From: Paracoccaceae bacterium
GTDB taxonomy: Bacteria > Pseudomonadota > Alphaproteobacteria > Rhodobacterales > Rhodobacteraceae
DNA length: 64,000 nucleotides
Assembly (NCBI GenBank): GCA_009773055.1
Contig: WOUW01000010.1
Span: forward strand, 2,448 to 66,447
Direction: 5' to 3'
Shown here: one piece after another, positions 27,948-37,413 of the stretch
How positions within the stretch are numbered: the first letter of the stretch is position 1
Layout of the letters: each line of letters opens with the position of its first letter
The notes under the pieces: generated by a model
Databases searched by the model: none
What the model was told of the DNA's origin: nothing
Seen by the model: the letters and a program-made list of their open reading frames with translations, nothing else
Made by a program: the position numbers and the translations under genes

Positions 27948-29972
27948 ATGCCCCGCGATCCGCGTTACGACATCCTGTTCGAGCCTGTCCGCATCGGCCC
28001 GGTCACCGCCCCAAACCGCTTTTATCAGACCCCGCACGCCACCGGCTTTGGCTGGCAGCGTCCGCAGTCGGGTGCGGCGTTGCGCGGCGTGAAGGCCGAG
28101 GGCGGTTGGGGCGTCGTGTGCACCGAATACTGCTCGATCCACCCGTCGTCGGACGACAGCCCCTATGCGTTTCTGACGCTATGGGACGACGACGATATCG
28201 CGCCGCTGGCCCTGACGGCAGAGGCGATCCATGCCCATGGGTCGCTGGCCGGGATCGAGCTTTGGCATGGGGGATCGCATGCGTCGAACCGGATGACGCG
28301 GGTGCCGGGGATCGCGCCGGATGTGCAGCCCGCGCTTTACCATCTGCCCGCGACGGCGCGGGCAATGGACCTGAGCGATATCAAGGCTTTCCGGGGCTGG
28401 CAGCGGGATGCGGCCAAGCGCGCAAAGCGGGCCGGCTTCGACATTGTCTATGTCTATGCCGGGCACGATTACTTGCCGTTCCAGTTCCTCTCGCGCCGAT
28501 CGAACCAGCGAGGCGATGCCTATGGCGGGTCCTTGGAGAACCGGGTCCGCCTTCTGCGAGAGATGATCGAGGATACGAAGGAGGCGGTCGGCGACACCTG
28601 CGCCGTGGCGGTGCGGCTGGCCGTGGACGAGTTGCATGGGCCGGAGGGGATCACGTCCGAGGGCGAGGGCCGCGAGATCATCGAGATGCTGGCGGAACTG
28701 CCCGACCTTTGGGATGTGAACGTTGCGGGGGCGTTGGGAAATGACTCGCGGTCAGCGCGGTTTTCGGCCGAGGGGTTTCAGGAGGAGAATATCGCCTTCG
28801 TGAAATCCTTGACCTCGAAGCCGGTGGTGTCGGTCGGCCGCTTCACCTCGCCCGACCGGATGGTCAGCCAGATCAGGCGCGGGGTGCAGGACTTCATCGG
28901 GGCGGCGCGGCCGTCGATTGCCGATCCGTTCCTTCCCGCCAAGATCCGCGACGGGCGCGAGGACGAGATCCGCGAATGCATCGGCTGCAACATCTGCCGG
29001 GCGGCGAACAACGAAGGTGTGGGCCTGCGCTGCACGCAGAACCCGACGATGGGCGAGGAATGGCGGCGTGGCTGGCATCCCGAGCGGATCGCGGTCTACC
29101 CGAAGCGCCAAAAGGCGCTGGTGATCGGCGGCGGCCCGGCGGGCTTGGAGGCGGCGCTGACGCTGGGACGGCGGGGCTTGGAGGTGTCGTTGGCCGAGGC
29201 TGGGGATACCTTCGGCGGGCGTCTTCTGCGCGAGGCGACGCTGCCGGGGCTGTCGACCTGGCTAAGGGTGCGGGACTGGCGGATCACCATGATCGACAAG
29301 CTGCCGAACGTCGAGTTGTTCCCGGCCAGCCGGATGGGCACCGAGGACATCGCGGAGTTCGGGGCGGATCATGTGGTCTTGGCCACGGGGTCGCAGTGGC
29401 GGCGGGACGTCGTGGGCGTCTACGCGATCCGGCCCCTGACCTTGCCAGACGCCCTGACCCCCGATGACGTCTTTGCCGGCGCAAGGATCGTCGGCCCGGT
29501 CGTGATCTATGACGACGAACACTATTTCATGGGCGGGGCGCTGGCCGAAAGATTGTCGGGTCAGGGCCATACTGTCCACTATGTGACCACGGCCGCTGTG
29601 GCGTCGTCCTGGACCGTGATGACCAATGAGCAAGACTTTCTGCAGGCCCGGCTGATCGAGGCAGGGGTGGTGATTCACCCCCTGAAAGCCTTGAAAGCGA
29701 AGGGAAATGGCGAAATGCGGCTGACCTGCGTCTACACCGGGCGCGAAGAGGCCCTGCCCTGCGGCACGCTGGTCCTGTGCACCGGGCGGCTGCCAGAGAC
29801 CGACCTTTGGGAAGCGCTCCAGACCAAAGGCATCCAGGCCACCCGCATCGGGGATTGTCTGGCACCGTCATCTATCGCCGATGCGGTCCATTCTGCCCAC
29901 CGTTATGCCCGACTTCTGGGCGAGCCCGACTTGCCCCCGCGCCGCGAACGTGCGTCGCACGGGCCCGCCTGA
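27948..29972 (+). CDS. TMADH/HADH-family amine dehydrogenase paralog lacking the flavinylated Cys
   Basis: RDPRYDILFEP, KAEGGW, YVYAGH, CIGCNIC...C and GGGPAG. Confidence 0.88.
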   Translation: MPRDPRYDILFEPVRIGPVTAPNRFYQTPHATGFGWQRPQSGAALRGVKAEGGWGVVCTEYCSIHPSSDDSPYAFLTLWDDDDIAPLALTAEAIHAHGSLAGIELWHGGSHASNRMTRVPGIAPDVQPALYHLPATARAMDLSDIKAFRGWQRDAAKRAKRAGFDIVYVYAGHDYLPFQFLSRRSNQRGDAYGGSLENRVRLLREMIEDTKEAVGDTCAVAVRLAVDELHGPEGITSEGEGREIIEMLAELPDLWDVNVAGALGNDSRSARFSAEGFQEENIAFVKSLTSKPVVSVGRFTSPDRMVSQIRRGVQDFIGAARPSIADPFLPAKIRDGREDEIRECIGCNICRAANNEGVGLRCTQNPTMGEEWRRGWHPERIAVYPKRQKALVIGGGPAGLEAALTLGRRGLEVSLAEAGDTFGGRLLREATLPGLSTWLRVRDWRITMIDKLPNVELFPASRMGTEDIAEFGADHVVLATGSQWRRDVVGVYAIRPLTLPDALTPDDVFAGARIVGPVVIYDDEHYFMGGALAERLSGQGHTVHYVTTAAVASSWTVMTNEQDFLQARLIEAGVVIHPLKALKAKGNGEMRLTCVYTGREEALPCGTLVLCTGRLPETDLWEALQTKGIQATRIGDCLAPSSIADAVHSAHRYARLLGEPDLPPRRERASHGPA

Positions 29973-31480
29973 TGCGTCAGCGCCGTCCACCCCGCAGCGT
30001 GAACGCCATTCCGCAACGCCCCTTTGGTCAGGTGACCCGGACCTATGATCCGATCCGGGTGATCAGCGAGGATCACGTCGAGGCGATCCATCAGGCGGCC
30101 TTGACCTTGCTTGCAACGCAAGGGATGCGGGTCTTGAACGCGCGCGCTCTGGACCACTTTCGCCGCGCCGGCGCACGAGTGGATGGGCAGATGGTCTACC
30201 CCGATTCCGGCCTGATCGAACAGTTGCTGGCGTCCGTCCCCCAGACCTTCACCATCGCCGCGCGGAACCGTGCCAAGGACCTGCGCTTCGGCGGAAATGA
30301 CATGGTGTTCTCGTCGGTCGGCGGCCCGGCCTATGTGATGGACCTCGACCGGGGCCGCCGCGATGGGACCTTGCAGGACATGCAGGACTTCCTCCGCCTG
30401 TGCCAAAGCCTGAACGTGATCCAGCAGGAATCCGGCGGGCCGCTGGAGCCGTTGGACCTGCCCGCAGCCACCCGGCATCTGGACCTCTACCTGTCGCAAT
30501 GCACGCTTCTCGACAAGAGCTGGAACCTGAACGCACTCGGGACCGAGCGGACGATGGACGGCATCCACATGGCGGCGCTTGCGATGGGCTGGTCGCTGGA
30601 TGACCTTGCGCGCCAACCGATGATGATGGGGGTGATCAACACCAACTCGCCGCGGCAGTTGGACGACCCGATGGGACAGGGGCTGATTGCGCTGGCCGAG
30701 CATGGGCAGGTCGCCATCGTGACGCCCTTCACGCTGGCAGGGGCGATGGCCCCGGTGAGTCTTGCCGGGGCGCTGGTCTTGCAGCATGCAGAAGCGATGT
30801 TCGGGATCGCGCTGACCCAGATCGTGCGGCCCGGGGTGCCGGCGATGTATGGCGGGTTTACCTCGAACGTCGACATGAAGACCGGCGCGCCGGCCTTCGG
30901 CACGCCGGAATATGCCAAGGCGGCGCAGGCCTCGGGGCAGCTTGCCCGCCGGATCGGGGTGCCATTCCGGTCGTCGAATACCACGGCGGCCAATGCCCTT
31001 GATGCGCAGGCGGCTTACGAATCCATGATGTCGCTGTGGGGCTGCCTGATGGGCGGCGCGCATCTGGTGATCCATGGCGCAGGCTGGATGCATGGCGGGC
31101 TGACGGCGAGTTTTGAAAAGCTGATCCTCGATGCCGAGCTTCTGGGGATGATGCAGGCCTATTTCAGCCCGATCGCCGTCAACGATGACGCGCTGTCGCT
31201 GGCAGCCATCGCCGAGGCAGGCGTTGGCGGGCATTTCTTCGGCACCGCGCAGACGATGGCGATGTATGAAACCGCCTTTCATCCGCCCATGCTGTCGAAT
31301 TGGGACAACTTCCCGACCTGGCTGGCGCGGGGGTCGGAAGAGGCCCCTGCCCGCGCCAACCGGATCTGGAAAGAGCTGCTTTCAAGCTATGAAGAGCCGC
31401 AGCTTGACCCCGGCATTCGCGCGGCACTGAAGGAATTCGTCGCCCGCCGCAAGGCGGAAGGCGGCGCCCCCAACAACTGA
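29972..31480 (+). CDS. Trimethylamine methyltransferase (MttB) superfamily protein, non-pyrrolysine
   Basis: INTNSP, TPFTLAGAMAPV, FTSNVDMK.GAPAFGTPE, DAQAAYES and GGHFFG; no in-frame TAG. Confidence 0.9.
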   Translation: MRQRRPPRSVNAIPQRPFGQVTRTYDPIRVISEDHVEAIHQAALTLLATQGMRVLNARALDHFRRAGARVDGQMVYPDSGLIEQLLASVPQTFTIAARNRAKDLRFGGNDMVFSSVGGPAYVMDLDRGRRDGTLQDMQDFLRLCQSLNVIQQESGGPLEPLDLPAATRHLDLYLSQCTLLDKSWNLNALGTERTMDGIHMAALAMGWSLDDLARQPMMMGVINTNSPRQLDDPMGQGLIALAEHGQVAIVTPFTLAGAMAPVSLAGALVLQHAEAMFGIALTQIVRPGVPAMYGGFTSNVDMKTGAPAFGTPEYAKAAQASGQLARRIGVPFRSSNTTAANALDAQAAYESMMSLWGCLMGGAHLVIHGAGWMHGGLTASFEKLILDAELLGMMQAYFSPIAVNDDALSLAAIAEAGVGGHFFGTAQTMAMYETAFHPPMLSNWDNFPTWLARGSEEAPARANRIWKELLSSYEEPQLDPGIRAALKEFVARRKAEGGAPNN

Positions 31481-31483
31481 CCG

Positions 31484-32362
31484 TCAGTCCGCCCCGATGG
31501 ACCGCGCCAGCTTGCCCAGGGTCTGCAGGCCCAGCGCTTCGGCACCGAAGCCCTTCGCGTCCTGGTATTCTTTTGCGGTCGCCATCACCATGCCAAGGGT
31601 AACACGGGTTGCCCCGCCTTCCTCGGAGAACGAGGCCCAGGCGTCCGCGTGCTTTGGCCCGTTCTCGCCCCACAAAAGCGCATAGTCGAGCCGGACCTCG
31701 GGGATCACCTGGCCATAGCGATGATGGTTCGGGAACACCGTGCCGTCCGGCGCAATCATGTCGAAGACCCACTCGCCGCCCTGTCGCAGGTCGATGCGGC
31801 TGGTCTTGCAGGAAAACCCGTCCGGTCCCCACCATTTCGGCAGGGTTTCCGGGTTCATCCAGGCACCCCAGACCACTGACACCGGGGCCTTGATCACACG
31901 TTGCAGGATCATCGTGCGCTCCGCCACCCCGGTCAGGTTGGCAATGCCCGCATCAAACCCCTGAGTATAGCCCGCCGCCATGTCCTGCGCCTGCGAGGAC
32001 AGCTGGACCGTTACCGCCACCTTCGACGCCTTTGCGTCTCCGCTGAACTGTGCGGTCACCAGCGCCACGGAATCGATCGCACCCTTGCTGGACACCACCT
32101 CGTAATTCACGGTCACGCTGTCGGGCACAAGTTGCAGCCAACCCGCCTCGACATGGACATCCGGCGTGCCGGGAAAGCGGCAGATCGAGACTTCCCGGCC
32201 GCCGATGCGGGCGTCGGATTCAAGGAATTCGACGGTCACGCCCGGGGCGGGCGGGGCCCAGACCGCACGGGCCGCGGGCGCGATCCAGGCCTGATAGAGC
32301 GTGCCGATCGGGGCTGCGACGCTCCTCTCGAACGAAAGCGTGGCAAAGGGTGCGGCGGTCAT
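31484..32362 (-). CDS. Tandem SRPBCC (AHSA1-like) domain protein
   Basis: Two repeats with W..P....W motifs and D.R.GG; start MTAAPF overlaps the upstream stop. Confidence 0.8.
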   Translation of the reverse strand: MTAAPFATLSFERSVAAPIGTLYQAWIAPAARAVWAPPAPGVTVEFLESDARIGGREVSICRFPGTPDVHVEAGWLQLVPDSVTVNYEVVSSKGAIDSVALVTAQFSGDAKASKVAVTVQLSSQAQDMAAGYTQGFDAGIANLTGVAERTMILQRVIKAPVSVVWGAWMNPETLPKWWGPDGFSCKTSRIDLRQGGEWVFDMIAPDGTVFPNHHRYGQVIPEVRLDYALLWGENGPKHADAWASFSEEGGATRVTLGMVMATAKEYQDAKGFGAEALGLQTLGKLARSIGAD

Positions 32363-32829
32363 TTCTTCAACCCTTGGGCATATTCTTCCAGCTGGGTCAC
32401 GACCGTGCCCCACCCGTCGTAAAAGCCCATGTCCTTGTGCGCCTTGGCGGTGTCGGCGTTGCGATGCCGGGCGACGGCGGTGTATTTCGTCCGCCCGTTG
32501 CCGATATCCTCGAAGGTCAGGATCGCGGTCATGAACGGCTCGGGCGCCGGCTTCCAGCCTTCGGTGTAGGCATCGGTGAACACGAGCTTTTCGTTCGGCA
32601 CCACCTCCAGGTAGACACCGTTGTTCTGCATCTCGTTGCCCTCGACATTGAAGGTCGTGTTGCACTTGCCACCGACGCGGACGTCCAGCTCGCAAGCCGT
32701 CACCTTGTGGGGCTTCGGGACGAACCAGTGGACGAGATGTTCGGGCGTCGTCCAGCATGTGTAAAGGATCTCGCGCGGAGCGTTCACTTCGCGGGTGAGT
32801 ACGAGATCGAGTTCCGGATCAAGGTCCAT
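32359..32829 (-). CDS. SRPBCC (AHSA1-like) protein
   Basis: WTTPEHL..WF.PKP, DVRVGG, G.YLEVVP and H..MGF.DGW. Confidence 0.88.
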   Translation of the reverse strand: MDLDPELDLVLTREVNAPREILYTCWTTPEHLVHWFVPKPHKVTACELDVRVGGKCNTTFNVEGNEMQNNGVYLEVVPNEKLVFTDAYTEGWKPAPEPFMTAILTFEDIGNGRTKYTAVARHRNADTAKAHKDMGFYDGWGTVVTQLEEYAQGLKK

Positions 32830-33166
32830 GGTTCCGCTCCTTCATGAGATTTGTCACATAGTCGTCCAGCCGGTCCAACCGCCCTTCCCAAAGACGGCGC
32901 TGATCCTCCAGCCAGTCGTGCATCGGGGCCATCGCCTTGGGCTGAAAGGCACAGGACCGGACACGGCCGTCCTTCTGGCTTGCGACAAGACCCGCCGCCT
33001 CCAGCACCGAGAGATGCCGCAGGATTGTCGGCAAACGCAGACCGGTTGGCCCGGCAAGTTCGGTGACTGCCGCCGGCCCTCGGGCCAGCCGGTTCAGCAT
33101 CATGCGCCGCGTCGGATCGGACAACGCGTGGAACAAAAGGTCGAGGTGGGGATCATGCTTAGCCAT
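32819..33166 (-). CDS. ArsR/SmtB-family regulator
   Basis: FHALSDPTRR, HL.VLE.AGLV and K.GRVR.C. Confidence 0.9.
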   Translation of the reverse strand: MAKHDPHLDLLFHALSDPTRRMMLNRLARGPAAVTELAGPTGLRLPTILRHLSVLEAAGLVASQKDGRVRSCAFQPKAMAPMHDWLEDQRRLWEGRLDRLDDYVTNLMKERNHGP

Positions 33167-33230
33167 GTTGCTAACTATACTCCCTTCGCGGTCCAAGGAA
33201 AGCGAAACTTAGCAAGTTGGCGAAGTTTCG
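33159..33230. promoter_or_regulatory. Two ArsR-type operator inverted repeats
   Basis: TTAGC-N6-GCTAA (33159-33174, over the start codon) and CGAAACTTAGC-N6-GCGAAGTTTCG (33203-33230). Confidence 0.65.
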
Positions 33231-33370
33231 TATCATCCGTTTTCCACGACAAGTGATTTTCGACCCTTGCCTGAAATTGAGCCCCTGCTTTCCTTGCTGA
33301 CCCCCTGCCCTGTCGCCTATTGTGTGCCACAGCATACAAGCGGCCGGACCGGCCTTGCGGAGGACATGCG

Positions 33371-35419
33371 ATGACCAAGCGTCTGGATCGTTCGGGGCTT
33401 CAGGTGGACGCGGTGCTCGCCCGATTTGTCGAGGATGAGGCACTGCCGGGCACCGGGATCGCGGCAGGGGATTTCTGGTCGGGCCTGGCGGACCTGTTGG
33501 CGGATTTTGCACCGAAGAACCGTGCGCTGCTGGCCAAGCGCAACGATCTTCAAGCGAAGATCGACGCCTGGCATGTCGCCCGCCGCGGCCAAGCGCATGA
33601 TCATGGGGCCTATAAGGCGTTTCTGGCTGAAATCGGCTATCTCTTGCCCGAAGGCCCGGCTTTCACCATCCAGACGACCAATGTCGACGCCGAGGTGGCC
33701 AAAGTGCCCGGGCCCCAGCTTGTGGTGCCGGTGACAAACGCCCGCTACGCGCTGAACGCGGCGAATGCGCGCTGGGGAAGTCTGTATGATTGCCTTTACG
33801 GGACCGATGCGATGGGCTCGGCTCCACCGTTGGGCGGGTATGAGCGGGGCCGGGGCGCGCGGGTCGTGGCACGATCACGGGTGTTTCTGGACGAAGCCTT
33901 TCCGATTGTCGGAACGAGCCACGCCGACGTGCGCCGCTACGCCGTGAAGCGGAACAACGGGTTGCATGTGGAACTGGTCTTCGACCGCGCACATTTCATC
34001 GGCTCGCGCGATCAGGCCCTGCTGGCCGACGTGCAACTGGAAAGCGCGCTGACGGCGATCATGGATTGCGAGGATTCAGTCGCGTGCGTCGATGCCGAGG
34101 ACAAGGTTGGCGCTTACCGGAACTGGCTGGGGTTGATGAAGGGCACGCTGTCCGAGGTCTTCGAGAAGTCCGGTCGAAAGGTCGAGCGTCGGCTGGCGGC
34201 GGACCGCGAATATCTGGACCCCGCTGGCAGCCCGTTCACCCTGAAAGGCCGCGCGCTGATGTGGATCCGGAACGTGGGCCACCTGATGACCAACCCGGCG
34301 ATCCTGCTGCCGGACGGGTCCGAGGTGCCCGAGGGCTTGATGGACGCAATGGTGACTGTCGCGATTGCGCTGCATGACCTGAAGAAGGCCGAGGGGATGC
34401 GGAACTCGGTCCTGGGGTCGGTCTATGTGGTGAAACCGAAGATGCACGGGCCGGAGGAAGTGAGTTTTGCCGACGCGGTGATGGCGCGGGTGGAGGGGCT
34501 GCTGGGCCTGCCTGCGAACACGGTGAAGCTGGGTATCATGGACGAGGAGCGACGGACCTCGGTCAACCTGAAGGAGTGCATCCGGGCGGCGAAGGGGCGG
34601 GTTGCCTTCATCAACACCGGGTTTCTGGATCGGACCGGGGACGAGATTCATACCAGCATGGAGGCGGGGGCGTTCAGCCGGAAGGACTTCATCAAGCGGA
34701 AGTCCTGGATCACCGCTTATGAGAACCTGAACGTCGATATCGGGCTGGAGTGCGGGTTGTCTGGGAAGGCCCAGATCGGCAAGGGGATGTGGGCGATGCC
34801 GGACCTGATGGCGGCGATGCTGGACGAGAAGATCGCCCATCCCCGCGCGGGGGCGAATACGGCCTGGGTGCCCTCGCCCACCGCCGCGACGCTGCATGCA
34901 CTGCACTACCACAAGGTCGACGTCTTCGCGGTCCAGGCGCGGCTGGCGAAGGGGGGCCGGAGGGCGCATGTGGACGGGATCCTGGATATCCCGCTGGCCA
35001 GCTTTCAGGCCTGGAACCGGGCTCAGGTGCTGCGGGAGGTCGAGAACAACGCGCAGGGGATCCTGGGGTACGTGGTGCGCTGGATCGATCAGGGGGTGGG
35101 CTGTTCCAAGGTGCCGGATGTGAATGACGTGGGCCTCATGGAGGACCGGGCGACCTGCCGGATCTCGGCCCAGCACATCGCGAACTGGCTGCATCATGGG
35201 GTGGTGACGGCCGAGGAAGTCACCGAGGCGATGAAGAAGATGGCAGCAGTGGTGGACCGGCAGAACGCGGGCGATCCGCTGTACCGACCGATGGCCCCGG
35301 CCTTCCAGGGGGCGGCGTTTCAGGCGGCCTGCGATCTGGTCTTCAAGGGGCGGGAGCAGCCTTCGGGGTATACCGAGCCCCTCCTTCACGCCTGGCGGCT
35401 GCGGGTCAAGGCGGGGTGA
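33371..35419 (+). CDS. glcB: Malate synthase G (about 30 aa apparently missing at 33949/33950)
   Basis: [45 protein letters not shown] and LMEDRAT.RIS. Confidence 0.95.
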   Translation: MTKRLDRSGLQVDAVLARFVEDEALPGTGIAAGDFWSGLADLLADFAPKNRALLAKRNDLQAKIDAWHVARRGQAHDHGAYKAFLAEIGYLLPEGPAFTIQTTNVDAEVAKVPGPQLVVPVTNARYALNAANARWGSLYDCLYGTDAMGSAPPLGGYERGRGARVVARSRVFLDEAFPIVGTSHADVRRYAVKRNNGLHVELVFDRAHFIGSRDQALLADVQLESALTAIMDCEDSVACVDAEDKVGAYRNWLGLMKGTLSEVFEKSGRKVERRLAADREYLDPAGSPFTLKGRALMWIRNVGHLMTNPAILLPDGSEVPEGLMDAMVTVAIALHDLKKAEGMRNSVLGSVYVVKPKMHGPEEVSFADAVMARVEGLLGLPANTVKLGIMDEERRTSVNLKECIRAAKGRVAFINTGFLDRTGDEIHTSMEAGAFSRKDFIKRKSWITAYENLNVDIGLECGLSGKAQIGKGMWAMPDLMAAMLDEKIAHPRAGANTAWVPSPTAATLHALHYHKVDVFAVQARLAKGGRRAHVDGILDIPLASFQAWNRAQVLREVENNAQGILGYVVRWIDQGVGCSKVPDVNDVGLMEDRATCRISAQHIANWLHHGVVTAEEVTEAMKKMAAVVDRQNAGDPLYRPMAPAFQGAAFQAACDLVFKGREQPSGYTEPLLHAWRLRVKAG

Positions 35420-35420
35420 C

Positions 35421-35493
35421 TGCCCACGCGCGGGCAGGTTTTCGGGTTGTTTGATTTCAAGGGGTTGGCCGTGGGCGTTAGGGGTTGCTTAAC
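35421..35493. repeat. 73-bp composite intergenic element, copy B
   Basis: TGCCCACGCGCGGGCA (exact reverse complement of the copy A palindrome), TTTCAAGGGGTTG and TTAG-N7-TTAAC at the same offsets as copy A. Confidence 0.7.
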
Positions 35494-35535
35494 CTCTGGC
35501 GTTTCGCGCAGGTCGGGGCAGTTTCCGAGTTGAGC

Positions 35536-35811
35536 GCTTGCGCGCAAGCCTTCTGTCTCGCCTCTGGCGCAAGCGCCAACCGGCTTGAACGATGGGGGTT
35601 TCACCCCCAAACCCCCAGAGTATTTGTGAAATGAGCAAGTCAGGCGAAACGCTCCCTTTCTTGACCTCCGGGACAGGGAGTGGTGTTCGCGTGCGTTTGA
35701 ACTTTGATGCGTTCCCCGCCGTAGTGAGCAAGGATGCCGCATGAAATCCGCAACTTGCGGAGTGCTGGTGGGAGGCGGCGCGCTGTAGCGCACCTGCGAT
35801 GGCCCGCCTAC
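35536..35811. repeat. Stack of small palindromes and REP-like units between convergent glcB and bolA
   Basis: GCTTGCGCGCAAGC (35536-35549), TGGCGC-AA-GCGCCA (35565-35578), GGGGGT-TTC-ACCCCC-AA-ACCCCCAGAGTATTT (35594-35625) and an imperfect GGTGGGAGG...CCCGCCTACC (about 35767-35812). Confidence 0.5.
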
Positions 35812-35812
35812 C

Positions 35813-36064
35813 CTACCCGATATCCAGCGCAATCGCATGCACCCGCTGGTTCAGGTCGCCCAGTGCGGCATGCACGGCGCGGTGGCGGGCGACGCGGGAC
35901 AGGTCGCGGAAGGCCTCGGCCCGGATGGTGATGTGGAAGTGGCTGGCACCAGAGCCGTCATCGCCCGCGTGCCCGGCGTGCTTGTGGCTTTCGTTCACCA
36001 CGTCCAGCACCGAAGGGTGAAAGGCGGCGGTCAGGCGGTCCTCGATGTCGTCTTTCACACCCAT
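35813..36064 (-). CDS. bolA: BolA-family protein
   Basis: NESHKHAGH, SHF.I.I...F....RVARHR.V and VHA.A. Confidence 0.9.
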   Translation of the reverse strand: MGVKDDIEDRLTAAFHPSVLDVVNESHKHAGHAGDDGSGASHFHITIRAEAFRDLSRVARHRAVHAALGDLNQRVHAIALDIG

Positions 36065-36138
36065 GTCAGTCCTGCCCCCTTCCAACTTCCGGGATAAGCC
36101 CTAAACTCGTGGCCCCGAGTCGGAAAGGCCCAACCCGC

Positions 36139-36771
36139 ATGTCCAATCGCCCGCCCTTTGAATTCAACCTGAGCGCTGCGGCGGACAAGAAGCGCAAGAA
36201 GGCGGGTCGGCGGGGCATGTCGGGCGCGTTCGACACCGCCGACAAGCCCTGCGATTATCCCGGCTGCAAGGTCAAGGCCGCCTTCCGCGCGCCGAAATCG
36301 CCAGACCTGCTGGATGAGTTCTTCTGGTTCTGCAAGGACCACATCCGCGAATACAATCTGAAATGGAATTTTTTCAACGGCACCACCGACGAGGAGTTCC
36401 AGAAGTTCCTCGACAAGGATCGGGTCTGGGAACGCGAGACCAAGCCGTTCAGCCGCCTCGGTGACGGCAACGCCTGGGCGCGGCTTGGGGTGAACGACCC
36501 GATGTCCCTGCTGGGAGAGAAGGCCACGCAGAACCCCGGCAAGCCGACCTCGACCGCGACGCGGAAACTGCCGCCGACCGAGCGCAAGGCGATCGAGATC
36601 CTCGATGCGCGCGACACCTGGACCAAGACCGAGATCCGCAGGCAGTACAAGGTTCTGGTCAAGGATCTGCACCCCGACATGAACGGCGGCGACCGGCGCG
36701 ACGAAGAGCGGCTGCAAGAGGTCGTCTGGGCTTGGGACCAGCTGAAGGACAGCCGGTTTTTCAGGGAATAG
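36139..36771 (+). CDS. J-domain protein with N-terminal Cys/His motif (cobS-linked)
   Basis: CDYPGC...APKSP...WFC.DH and C-terminal LHPD.NGG. Confidence 0.88.
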   Translation: MSNRPPFEFNLSAAADKKRKKAGRRGMSGAFDTADKPCDYPGCKVKAAFRAPKSPDLLDEFFWFCKDHIREYNLKWNFFNGTTDEEFQKFLDKDRVWERETKPFSRLGDGNAWARLGVNDPMSLLGEKATQNPGKPTSTATRKLPPTERKAIEILDARDTWTKTEIRRQYKVLVKDLHPDMNGGDRRDEERLQEVVWAWDQLKDSRFFRE

Positions 36772-36774
36772 CGC

Positions 36775-37227
36775 TCAGGCCGGTTTGAAGGCCAGCGACA
36801 CGCCGTTCATGCAGTAGCGCAGGCCCGTGGGTTCGGGACCGTCGGTGAACACATGGCCGAAATGGCCACCGCAGCGGCGGCAATGCACCTCGGTCCGCGC
36901 GCCGAAGAGGCCGCCGTCCTCGCGGGTGCGGATGGCGTCGGGCAGCGGTTGCCAGAAAGAGGGCCAACCGGTGCCGCTTTCGTACTTGGTGTCCGACGAG
37001 AAGGCGGCAAGGTCGCAGCCGGCGCAGTGGTAGGTTCCCTTGCGCTTTTCCAGGTTCAGGCGGCTGGTGCCCGGGCGTTCGGTCGCCTCTTCGCGCAGGA
37101 CCCGGTAGGCGAGGTCGGACAGGCGGTCGCGCCATTCCGCTTCGGTCAGGGTGACCTCAAAAGTCTCGGCCCGTGCCATGGGGGCGGCGAAGGCGGCGGC
37201 GGTGATCAGGAACAGGCGGCGGTGCAT
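36775..37227 (-). CDS. msrB: Methionine-R-sulfoxide reductase with Tat-like signal peptide
   Basis: TERPG, CAGC, SGTGWPSF, C..CGGH.GHVF.DGP..G.RYC.N; N-terminus MHRRLFL. Confidence 0.92.
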   Translation of the reverse strand: MHRRLFLITAAAFAAPMARAETFEVTLTEAEWRDRLSDLAYRVLREEATERPGTSRLNLEKRKGTYHCAGCDLAAFSSDTKYESGTGWPSFWQPLPDAIRTREDGGLFGARTEVHCRRCGGHFGHVFTDGPEPTGLRYCMNGVSLAFKPA

Positions 37228-37413
37228 GGCGGACCTCTCTTTCAGACAGGCTATGCGGGAAACTACGTGGCGACGAAGCACGAAGTTGCAGGGTCACGCG
37301 AACGGGAAGACGGGGATGATGCGCCCCTTCCCCTTGAACCCCCCGGCGATATGTTCCAAGGATGACTTGGCGTGGCACAATGGGGTGCCGGGCTGCTTAC
37401 AAGGGCGCGTGCG

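Noticed and set aside
29972-31480. Pyrrolysine recoding in MttB
   Set aside because: The ORF is continuous with no in-frame TAG, and no pyl genes are present.
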